The notes under the pieces were generated by a model, which did no database searches, was not told the DNA's origin, and worked only from the letters and a program-made list of their open reading frames with translations. Position numbers and translations under genes: made by a program. A DNA stretch of 57,488 nt from a virus (lineage: Duplodnaviria > Caudoviricetes), in the IMG/VR virus record IMGVR_UViG_3300049170_000057, positions 1-57,488 of that record. One strand, given 5' to 3'. Positions 26,020 through 34,349 of the stretch are shown piece after piece (within the stretch, counting starts at the first letter, position 1; each line of letters opens with the position of its first letter).

Positions 26020-26814
26020 CTATTGTTCCTTTAATTTTCTCGCTGGTGCTGTGTACCCTGACTTTTCAAAGTCGTTGATCCAAATCAGTTTTCTTTGCTT
26101 CAATCCTTCTCCGTATGGCTGTAAGCGGAAATGTCCTCTTACTTTGAATGCGTCTGATTTAACGAGGGTAGTGAACCATTTGGAGTCGAGATGAAGGATT
26201 TTGCTCTTCGTATTATTGTTATACTGGCAGCCTATAGTATTATCCTTAGATTTTGCTCCTAGTATTTTTGTCTCAATTTCTGCATACTTGATAAATAAAG
26301 TCATCAAAACTAGGTTGAATACATTCCCCTCTCCGTTTTGAATATTGTTTGATATCCAGCCAAAAAAGTCTCTTTCGGGGTTGCTATTGTTATCACTGTA
26401 GTTGTAAAAGCATTCTCCGATAATCGATAGCGTATGATCCTTTATAAAGCTAATAGTGCTGACTATTATTACTTTTTCATTCAAGTCGTTCTTTATCGAA
26501 ATTAGATTTTGTTCCCCTCCCGGATGTAAAAACAATGCGGTTGTATCTTCAACTTCGTGGTACAGTTTTGATTTAAAAATATTATCACCCGCCGACTCGT
26601 AAGCATCAATGAACGGTTGCGATAGATAGAAGATTTTATTAGGCTCTAATTTCTTCGATAGGGTATCGAATTTTGACCGGATGAAATGTCTATTAGGATT
26701 TAACAGAAAATAATCCCTATCGCAAGAGAAATGCGAATATTCTCCAATACTTTTATCTTCAATCATTTTAAGAATCGGGTATCTATCGTAGTTTATCTTC
26801 ATCTTAAAAATCAA
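26020..26814 (-). CDS. Phage protein with C-terminal VRGHFRLQPYG...RKLIWI motif
   Basis: Motif recurrent in phage accessory proteins; function unknown. Confidence 0.7.
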   Translation of the reverse strand: MIFKMKINYDRYPILKMIEDKSIGEYSHFSCDRDYFLLNPNRHFIRSKFDTLSKKLEPNKIFYLSQPFIDAYESAGDNIFKSKLYHEVEDTTALFLHPGGEQNLISIKNDLNEKVIIVSTISFIKDHTLSIIGECFYNYSDNNSNPERDFFGWISNNIQNGEGNVFNLVLMTLFIKYAEIETKILGAKSKDNTIGCQYNNNTKSKILHLDSKWFTTLVKSDAFKVRGHFRLQPYGEGLKQRKLIWINDFEKSGYTAPARKLKEQ

Positions 26815-27031
26815 TTACAATAAAATCCTCACTCACACTAATACCCATTCCCATAAGCATAACAGCCGTTCTCACGTAGAATACTCCAGCCTTGGAATCG
26901 CATCCAAGATTTAGTTCTCTCGACTCAATTTTTATAGCCTCGCTCTGAGCCTTAGCATCCTGTTTGAGTTTTTCAAGGAAATCCCTGATCGGTTTATCAG
27001 AGCCTTCAATTTTAAATCGGATTGGTTTCAT
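26804..27031 (-). CDS. 75-aa protein whose N-terminus is homologous to the tape measure N-terminus
   Basis: 19 of the first 33 residues identical to 10927..14928, no gaps. Confidence 0.7.
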   Translation of the reverse strand: MKPIRFKIEGSDKPIRDFLEKLKQDAKAQSEAIKIESRELNLGCDSKAGVFYVRTAVMLMGMGISVSEDFIVIDF

Positions 27032-27049
27032 ATTATCTGCACTTTAAAT

Positions 27050-27180
27050 AATAAAACCTCATCGGGTTCAAGCGGTGCAGCGCCATCCCCCAGTGAGGTC
27101 TTTAAGTTTCTTATTGCTGACATTCTGCACCGTCAGCGTTTCCTTGAATCAAATGTACAAACTTTATCCGCCATGTCAAG
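27050..27180 (-). promoter_or_regulatory. Promoter plus two-hairpin leader with complementary loops (copy A)
   Basis: TACATTTG at 27150-27157; CGGTGCAG/CTGCACCG complementarity; homologous to 44748-44870. Confidence 0.65.
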
Positions 27181-27274
27181 ACATTTTTGGCATCTTTTTG
27201 AAAATATTTTTTAGCGAGGTTTAAAGTGGTCGAATTCGACACCTTTAGAAAAGGCGTTTGCCAGGCCTTTCTCA

Positions 27275-27957
27275 TCACACCCCCATCCCCTTCTGCAAAT
27301 TAGCCACCATGTCAAACATACTCATGGACTTATCTGACGTGCTCGTACTTTGTCCACCGCCAGCCTTTCCCCCATCATACACCGGTATAACCGCACTCAT
27401 TTGCAGTTGAACGATGTACGGCACCTGGTTAAGCACCTCGTCATAGGTCAGTTTGTGAGCTAACTTGACTCGTCGGATATAGGCTGCGATGCTGTCGTCT
27501 CCGGGATATCGTTCACTATTGTCATGTTTTGGAACAATCCCATAGTGCCGAAAAAAGATGATGGATCTAACCTCCGGTAGACCTCTTGCGCAGTTGCAAA
27601 CAGTTCCTCACTGGTGAAATGATCCGCCACTATTTCAGTCAGGCGATCAGGTACTGGCTCTGGCTTATTATGTACGGCCGTGGCGATCAGGCTGGCAAGA
27701 TGATAGGTGCTGGCATTGATCAGGTCGAAGGTGTCATCACTCCCTTGCTCCTTGTTAGCTTCACGCATTTGTTTGACGATTAGGCTCAACCGCCAACCTG
27801 TTTTCAAAGAGGCATTGGTTAGCTCCAGTCTAACCACGGTAGGCTTCTTTGCGCCAAACCTGTACAATATCCGGTTCAGCCAACCTTTTTCTTTTACCTC
27901 GACCGTTTTAAGCAATAACGGGTCGTTAATCGCTAATGATAGAAACTCTTTCTGCAT
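27275..27957 (-). CDS. Tail assembly chaperone (G form stops at 27460; GT form via -1 frameshift stops at 27275)
   Basis: Follows the major tail protein; T TTT TTC slippery site at 27556-27550; -1 frame open to TGA 27275. Confidence 0.8.
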
Positions 27958-28088
27958 ATCCAAAGATAACTACAAAATGCCAATATACGCCATATTTGAC
28001 CTATAAAACCACAAACCCCGAACACGTATGCCCAGGGTTTGCAGAAAGGTTATTAATTAGGGTGTATGCGCTGTGCCTTGCGCCGGCC

Positions 28089-28625
28089 TTATCCCGCTGG
28101 AGTAGCGTCGATAACTTTCCATCCCCATGGCGACACAGCCTCGCCCTGAGCGTTAACCGGAGTTTTAGCTCTAGCAGTATAGCTGAGTCTTACGAGGTCG
28201 TTACGGACCAGAGAAGCGGTGATGTTTGAAAGGGTAGTCATGTTCTTGAAGTGGAAAACCACCTTCTCCCCGTTCAAAGGTTTTGATGTAACTCTATAAG
28301 CCCATGACTTCAACACGTCACCAACGGGAGCATCGTAGGCTTTATTTACTGCATCCCAGGTCCCACCAATCAAATCAGCTGCAACTGCACCATCAACTTC
28401 AAGTGAAGCGAACGCAATGTTCGGTGCTTCAGTATCACCTGGTAAAACTTCAATTACTCCACCAATATCCTGCGCCCGGATCTCTGTTACTGCCACCGGC
28501 GGTATGTTAATACCTACAGCATCATCAGAAATGGGCGAAATCTTCTTCCAACCAGTTGTTGGTAATGATCCGTCTACCGTTACAGGTGCATATTCTACGG
28601 ATTCAACGCTATACGCTCTTGCCAT
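28089..28625 (-). CDS. Major tail (tube) protein
   Basis: Size, composition and position between neck genes and chaperone. Confidence 0.75.
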   Translation of the reverse strand: MARAYSVESVEYAPVTVDGSLPTTGWKKISPISDDAVGINIPPVAVTEIRAQDIGGVIEVLPGDTEAPNIAFASLEVDGAVAADLIGGTWDAVNKAYDAPVGDVLKSWAYRVTSKPLNGEKVVFHFKNMTTLSNITASLVRNDLVRLSYTARAKTPVNAQGEAVSPWGWKVIDATPAG

Positions 28626-28708
28626 TGTTTTTTAGTTTGTGCCCCAAACGAGGCTGTTAATTATTTAATGCAGGCACCTTGATGGGCCATGATAGTCCCC
28701 TATTGGAC

Positions 28709-29104
28709 TTAATTTCGTATTGTATAATATTGTACCCTTATCGTTAAAAACCAGTTGATACCATCCCTCTCAGGAGTCCCGGGTTCATCAACCCTAAAGT
28801 TGTAGTCATACCCCCAGACGTCTTGTAGTATAGGCAGCAGCTTGTCAAGAACTTGCTCAAATCGGATGAAGTTCGGTTGGGTATCGTCGTTGCTTAATGG
28901 TGCATTTGGAATGTGGATCCTAACATTGATCAGTCCCTCCTGCAACTCGTCTCCATCCATCGCCAAAGCGTTCACCACGATATCTTCCTTCACTGAGTTC
29001 TTGGGTCTTAAAAGCCAAATCACATTGCCAGAAATACCAAGCTCTGACTTACGCGAATTGATCACGCTCCATACTGTTCTTACCGCTGATAATGTTGACT
29101 TCAT
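28709..29104 (-). CDS. Tail terminator/completion protein
   Basis: Synteny; RP.NS.KEDIVVN.L...LQ.G.INV.I motif. Confidence 0.65.
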   Translation of the reverse strand: MKSTLSAVRTVWSVINSRKSELGISGNVIWLLRPKNSVKEDIVVNALAMDGDELQEGLINVRIHIPNAPLSNDDTQPNFIRFEQVLDKLLPILQDVWGYDYNFRVDEPGTPERDGINWFLTIRVQYYTIRN

Positions 29105-29571
29105 TCGAATGCTTTTAAGACGTTGTTCAAGGCTCGCTGTAGCTTCTTATCAGCTCCTAATGTTGTTCCGGAGATAACATCGTAATCCATATTCTCCACC
29201 CAACTAGCGTACTCCATACCTGCTACCAGAATGATCGCCCAACCTTCAGGAGACTCTTTACTAATTCTTTCAGCTTCCTCTTTGCCCTTAATCACTCCGG
29301 TCCCTCTGTCTGTCCCTTTATCCGCAATCTTGAAGTCCTCAGTCACTACCTCACCATCATACATCAGGATATAGCCAATTGAGCTACGCAAGTTCCCAGT
29401 CTGGTCATTGAAACCTCCCTGGCCTTTGGTCTTCATCCTGGCCGCTGTAGTCATCTGCAATCCAAGCTGATTTAGCTCGTTCTGCGTTACTCTGACAATC
29501 CTGCCAATGATCTCCTCCATCTGCTTTCCAAGATCAGCCTCAGTAAACGCTGGCACAAGCCTGAACCTCAT
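29101..29571 (-). CDS. HK97 gp10-like neck protein
   Basis: DQTGNLRSSIGY and AGMEYASWVE motifs. Confidence 0.85.
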   Translation of the reverse strand: MRFRLVPAFTEADLGKQMEEIIGRIVRVTQNELNQLGLQMTTAARMKTKGQGGFNDQTGNLRSSIGYILMYDGEVVTEDFKIADKGTDRGTGVIKGKEEAERISKESPEGWAIILVAGMEYASWVENMDYDVISGTTLGADKKLQRALNNVLKAFE

Positions 29572-29897
29572 ATCCAGCCCCTCCCATGTAACTGACCAAT
29601 GAAATGACGAATGATGCGGTCTTTGACGATGACTTCTTCAGTTTGCTTCACCACTTCAACTTCAATCCCGTCCGGAATTTGCTCCACGCTGAGAGGGAAC
29701 GCCAGATCGTATTTGTAATCCACAGTTACCCCATCCTTATCAAGAACAGTTTTACCTGATCCGGCTGGAATTGCCCTGCAACGAACAGTGATCTCAGCTC
29801 CCGGAGTACCAGGTATCCATCCACCGTTCACATCGTCCCAGATATCCTCTGTGGCCGCGGTTCTATAAGTCAATCTATGTGGATACTGCTCAATCAT
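29568..29897 (-). CDS. Head closure/stopper protein
   Basis: Synteny and size. Confidence 0.6.
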   Translation of the reverse strand: MIEQYPHRLTYRTAATEDIWDDVNGGWIPGTPGAEITVRCRAIPAGSGKTVLDKDGVTVDYKYDLAFPLSVEQIPDGIEVEVVKQTEEVIVKDRIIRHFIGQLHGRGWI

Positions 29898-30223
29898 TAC
29901 CAGAGGTTTGACGCGTCTTGAATAATAGCACCGTGATAAGCAAGCTCATCAGGGAGGTTCCAACGTTTGACGAAAATTGACCGTAGTGACAACAGATCTT
30001 CAATATCCTGAGCACTTACACTATAATCCAACTCACCTACTGACTTCGGACTTGTCGCAATGATTAAGATAAGCCCCGCAAGTGCTGTCTCAACTCCCTT
30101 TTGGCTGTCCTCAGGGATGTACTCCAGATCTGGGTTCACGCTTGCATTAAGCAGAGCCAGTTCGATGCTGGAATCTTTTAACGGGAAGTTGATTTGCGCT
30201 TGAAGGGCCTCTTTATTTGTCAT
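29897..30223 (-). CDS. Head-tail connector/adaptor
   Basis: Synteny; MTNKEAL...I.D.SNLW pattern. Confidence 0.65.
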   Translation of the reverse strand: MTNKEALQAQINFPLKDSSIELALLNASVNPDLEYIPEDSQKGVETALAGLILIIATSPKSVGELDYSVSAQDIEDLLSLRSIFVKRWNLPDELAYHGAIIQDASNLW

Positions 30224-30258
30224 TGCTGGTTGTGATCAGGGTTAAGTCAGATCAGGGT

Positions 30259-30495
30259 TTACTTTTTGTCTTTTGGGTCGGCTGGTTCATCTGCCCCAGC
30301 AGTTTCATCTGGCTCAGGATCTTCGTCATTGCCGTCGTCCTCGACACGTACCAGGTTTCTACTTACGAGATCCTCAAGACGATCAGTTTTAAATTTGCTG
30401 ACATCGTCACCGACTTCGTATCGCTTAGCCTCGCCGCCTTTCTTTACATACTTGGCAGCATCTTTAAATGGCTCATTTACTATGTACTTCTTCAT
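30259..30495 (-). CDS. Small head-associated protein
   Basis: Directly after the capsid gene; F.D...YEVGD...RLE.L motif with acidic tail. Confidence 0.6.
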   Translation of the reverse strand: MKKYIVNEPFKDAAKYVKKGGEAKRYEVGDDVSKFKTDRLEDLVSRNLVRVEDDGNDEDPEPDETAGADEPADPKDKK

Positions 30496-30498
30496 GGT

Positions 30499-31602
30499 TT
30501 AGCCCTCCGCAAGTTTGGTTTTCAGGATGTGAACATTCTTTGAGTTGTTCAGAACAGGAGTAGCGTAAGCAACACCTTTAGTCACAACAGTGATCGGATC
30601 TTCAATACCCCAAGTTTTTACAAGCACGATGCCTGATTTGGTCTTGGTGGCAACGCCTGCGTTCACATACTCATCAGCAGATAAAGTGTACTGAGTATCA
30701 CCATAAACAGCGCTTTCTGTGAAAGTAACGTGACCTGGCTCCCATCCGGAAACAGTCTCCTGATTACCAGCTTTGTCCTCAACTACCACGTCTGATTCCC
30801 AAATAATGATGGTCGGCAATCCTTTACGTGCCAACGCACGGTTCATCGTATCCAAATCTGGCTCCTGCTGCAATCCCAAAGCATTGACAACATAAGTCGC
30901 GCAAAACTTCTGAATCCCTTCATTTGATGCCATGTTGTTGAAGGTATCTTCTTCCATGGTCATGAAAAGGAGACGTCTGTTTCTCAGCTTTGCAGCTGCT
31001 TTGCGGTTCTTGATATCCGCCAAGATATCGGCCGTTTTATCGCTCCAGTCTTTGGGCGCATTGACGATCTGCGTAGTTGGGATCTCAAAATCCACGTCAG
31101 TAGTAGTCTGAACACCCTGCTCGTTGTTCGTCAGCGTAAGACTATACTTTCCTTTTGACAGGATCTGCTTTGCCAACCACTCAAGACGAGCGTTAACTGC
31201 GTTTACTACAAATGGACCATCCTCGTAATGCCAGTCAAGGATACGCTGCATTGCCTGCTTCCTGGTCGGTCCATCAGGTAGTCTAGTAACAGAATCCTGA
31301 AGTGCGCGAAGCATGTTAAAATCTGTTTCAACTTTATCTCTCGCTCCTTCAACCTTTGGGATTTCCCCAGAGATTTTAGATGGCAAAGGACGCCCGAACC
31401 GTGGCGCTCTACTGTTGAAGGCAACTACCGACGCCATAACCTTGGCACCAAAGTTCGCTTCTATCGCTTTCCAGTCCAGCGTTGGCTGATACAATAGAGG
31501 GAAGCCGCGCTGAAACTGTAACTCCTCGTAAGGGTACGTTTCAATCTCTGCTTGAGCATCCGCCTGATTGAATTCAGGAAGTAATTCGTTTACATTTATC
31601 AT
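30499..31602 (-). CDS. Major capsid protein (lambda E-like family)
   Basis: 367 aa; MA.VVAF.S.AP, G.IPK and RLEW motifs; synteny. Confidence 0.88.
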   Translation of the reverse strand: MINVNELLPEFNQADAQAEIETYPYEELQFQRGFPLLYQPTLDWKAIEANFGAKVMASVVAFNSRAPRFGRPLPSKISGEIPKVEGARDKVETDFNMLRALQDSVTRLPDGPTRKQAMQRILDWHYEDGPFVVNAVNARLEWLAKQILSKGKYSLTLTNNEQGVQTTTDVDFEIPTTQIVNAPKDWSDKTADILADIKNRKAAAKLRNRRLLFMTMEEDTFNNMASNEGIQKFCATYVVNALGLQQEPDLDTMNRALARKGLPTIIIWESDVVVEDKAGNQETVSGWEPGHVTFTESAVYGDTQYTLSADEYVNAGVATKTKSGIVLVKTWGIEDPITVVTKGVAYATPVLNNSKNVHILKTKLAEG

Positions 31603-31635
31603 TTTCTAAATGCTATAGATCTTTTAATCTGTTAA

Positions 31636-31998
31636 TTATACGTGCGTAATCCTTGGTAGAGCAGTCGCACGTTCAGCCGCTGTTCCTTGGCCTGCAGGTA
31701 GTGCTTTCTCGCGGATAGTTCCGCTGATACCAACTCCTACTGTGCAGTTCTCTTCTGCAATTGAATCTCTCAGCGTGTATCCGACTGGCTTAATCGTACC
31801 AGTTGTAACCGTGAGCGCCTTACCAAAGCCGGTAGCAGGGTCTTTCCCTACCATTGTTCCCTCTGGCACGATCCCATTTGGGTAGTCAGCAGGATCAATG
31901 TCCAGAACAAGTCCTCCGGGAAGCGTATCAACGACATTCTCCCAGACAACCTTCTGGAAGCCCTGAGTACCTTCTCTTTTAATTCCTTTTAATCCCAT
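31636..31998 (-). CDS. Head decoration protein
   Basis: Lies between scaffold and capsid genes; GG.VLD...GT.VG...G.IRE..LP. Confidence 0.7.
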   Translation of the reverse strand: MGLKGIKREGTQGFQKVVWENVVDTLPGGLVLDIDPADYPNGIVPEGTMVGKDPATGFGKALTVTTGTIKPVGYTLRDSIAEENCTVGVGISGTIREKALPAGQGTAAERATALPRITHV

Positions 31999-32009
31999 TT
32001 TTATAAATA

Positions 32010-32699
32010 TTAAGCGGTTTGTGCGGTCTTCGCTTCAGCTGCTGCTTTGCGGTCCGCAATTCTTTCTTTCATTTCTGGTGACATCTCTTTGTCGCCAGCA
32101 GGTTTTCCGAATCCTGATGCCGGTTTGTCCTTACCGAGCCCATTATCCGAATTTGCCTGAATGATACCAGCTGCTGCGGCAACCTTGCGCTCTACATAGG
32201 AGTTGAAATGATCGTCATCTTTGAAGTTGATCTCTTCGATGTCGGTCAGAACGTCGTTCCGGAATTGCTCGGGAGCGTCTTTCAACTTGTCTGCAAGCTG
32301 TTGCTTACGGCTGGTCACTGTTTTTTCACCTTTAATGGCGGCAATCTCGGCTGCCTGCGCTTTCTGACCTTCTAAAATCTCCCTTAACAGCTTCTCAGTG
32401 GCGGTTTCGCCTTCTGGTGCTTTGCCTGCTTCCTCTGCTGCTTTTTCAGCGGCGATCTGCTCAGGTGTTTTAGTGGATTTGGTTTTGTTTTCCAGATCTC
32501 TCACCTTGTCGTCCTGCTTTGCGATATCAGCAAACGGGAAAATTTCATTCAGTTCGTCGAGCTTTGTTTCTATCTCGTCTTCGCTTTCGATTTTTACATC
32601 AAGCTTGTCCACGATAGAGTCCAGACGTGTGTTGGTTAAGTTTACAGTAGGAAACTTTGCCTTGTACTTAGCCTTAATTTGGGTTTTAAATCCTGCCAT
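32010..32699 (-). CDS. Capsid scaffolding protein
   Basis: Charged helical protein upstream of the decoration and capsid genes. Confidence 0.7.
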   Translation of the reverse strand: MAGFKTQIKAKYKAKFPTVNLTNTRLDSIVDKLDVKIESEDEIETKLDELNEIFPFADIAKQDDKVRDLENKTKSTKTPEQIAAEKAAEEAGKAPEGETATEKLLREILEGQKAQAAEIAAIKGEKTVTSRKQQLADKLKDAPEQFRNDVLTDIEEINFKDDDHFNSYVERKVAAAAGIIQANSDNGLGKDKPASGFGKPAGDKEMSPEMKERIADRKAAAEAKTAQTA

Positions 32700-32793
32700 T
32701 TCTTTGTGTTTTTAAGCGACCAGTACCGTCCGTGGGAATCCTGCGTAAAGCATGATTTTCGTCCGTCCTGAAGCCTCTTTGTTTCAGTGAACT

Positions 32794-32853
32794 CAAAGAT
32801 ATTGAGGCGTATTGGGGGGTTAAAATTGGCTATTGCAACATAGGGAGATGTTG
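32794..32853 (-). promoter_or_regulatory. Putative phage late promoter (copy 3)
   Basis: TATCTTTG plus conserved upstream blocks. Confidence 0.7.
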
Positions 32854-32977
32854 TGATGATTGAGGAGAAAGGGATAACATGGTGTTCATGAAAATAAACA
32901 CTAAAAAACTCAACTATTTATAATACAACCATCTCATACACAGAAATCTAGAGTTTTGAAATGTTATATTTGGCTAC

Positions 32978-33313
32978 ATGACTAAGAAAATCAAAATAGA
33001 TGAGGAGTTACTAGGTAACTTGTCGGCGGCATCAAGCCAAATTTCAAAGGCGCTTGAGCAATTTAAAGTAAACAATCAACCACTTCTAAACCCATTTAAT
33101 AATCTTCAGGCTGGACAAGCTTTGGGAGCTCTTACTGAACTTTCAACTAAGATTGGCGAGAATTGGACTGCTCAGCTAAAAAAATCACCGCTAATCAATT
33201 TGAAGGGGATGGCCTCTATTCCTCCTTTAAGGCCACAAATGAGCGAACCTCCTTTAGGCGATTGGTATCAAGAACCGAAGCGTTTACTTTTCGAAGTGAT
33301 CATCGAAGAATAA
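32978..33313 (+). CDS. Moron hypothetical protein inside the head module
   Basis: Opposite strand; TATATTTG 5 nt before the ATG. Confidence 0.6.
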   Translation: MTKKIKIDEELLGNLSAASSQISKALEQFKVNNQPLLNPFNNLQAGQALGALTELSTKIGENWTAQLKKSPLINLKGMASIPPLRPQMSEPPLGDWYQEPKRLLFEVIIEE

Positions 33314-33329
33314 ACAACTTGAGAGGGGC

Positions 33330-34346
33330 CTAACCTGCCCCTTTCAACACCTTCTCAATAACCCCTAGATTATCCTTCCACCAGAACGGCTGACTCTTCC
33401 AGCCCTCTACCCTTTCAGCATTGGTTGAAACCCAATCCTTGAAACCTTGAGGGACATCAGTCACGCGAACCTTCTTCTGCAACTTAGCAATCGCTTCCAA
33501 AGTATCTTCACCCCGAGCGACGAGCTTATTGTAAGCATCAAGCATCTTGCGCGACATGAGGATTGGCGTTTTAAAACACAAGCAGTGAGGATGATTCCCT
33601 GACCAGACGTAAGTCACTGGATAGTCGCCAGCCAGAGCTCTGCATATCTCGCAGCGGACCTTCGGCTTATTGGTAGCACTCAAATTGATCCTGTATCCAA
33701 GAACCAAAGGATTCGCCATCCACGCCTCCTGATCACTGGCACGGTAAGCCATATTGATCTGAGTTCGTGCAACCCGTTCAGCGTTTTTAACCGGGGACTT
33801 GTTGACGCCCTGCCCTGGGGTTTGCTGTATTCCAGTATCGCGTAACGCTTCCCGCAGTTCCTTTGCCACCTTCACAGCAGATCTTCCCTCCTGAATCCCT
33901 TCCTCTAATTGCTGATTAATAAGGTCACGATACCGATCCGCTGACTTCCATACACGATCCGATAATGTTAACCCCCCTTTAGCCTGCTTGATGAATTGGT
34001 CACGGGCTTTGGTCCGGTGAGCGTTCAATGCTTTTTCAACCTGAGGAGGCAACTCCATACCTATATACTTAGTCTCCACATACGCCTTCGTCCGATCCTC
34101 AGCAATCTGCCAAGACTTCTGCATGCCAGTCTCGATCTTAGTAACGGTCTTCTTAACAAGCGTAGTCAGGATCTGGTCAAGCTTCTTATTGATCACACGC
34201 TGAGAAGCACCGGAGGCAATGAAGGGAGCGATCTGGTTTACTACATCATCGTAGTAGCGCTGAATGACTCGAACGATGCTATCCTCTTGAGCGAAGTGCT
34301 CCCTTTCGAATTTGTAATTTACCGAATCAAAGGTGTACTCAGCCAT
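33330..34346 (-). CDS. Minor head morphogenesis protein (Mu gpF / SPP1 gp7-like)
   Basis: LSDRVW, NAERVARTQIN.AY and C.IC...G.HPHCLC motifs. Confidence 0.85.
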   Translation of the reverse strand: MAEYTFDSVNYKFEREHFAQEDSIVRVIQRYYDDVVNQIAPFIASGASQRVINKKLDQILTTLVKKTVTKIETGMQKSWQIAEDRTKAYVETKYIGMELPPQVEKALNAHRTKARDQFIKQAKGGLTLSDRVWKSADRYRDLINQQLEEGIQEGRSAVKVAKELREALRDTGIQQTPGQGVNKSPVKNAERVARTQINMAYRASDQEAWMANPLVLGYRINLSATNKPKVRCEICRALAGDYPVTYVWSGNHPHCLCFKTPILMSRKMLDAYNKLVARGEDTLEAIAKLQKKVRVTDVPQGFKDWVSTNAERVEGWKSQPFWWKDNLGVIEKVLKGAG

Positions 34347-34349
34347 CGG

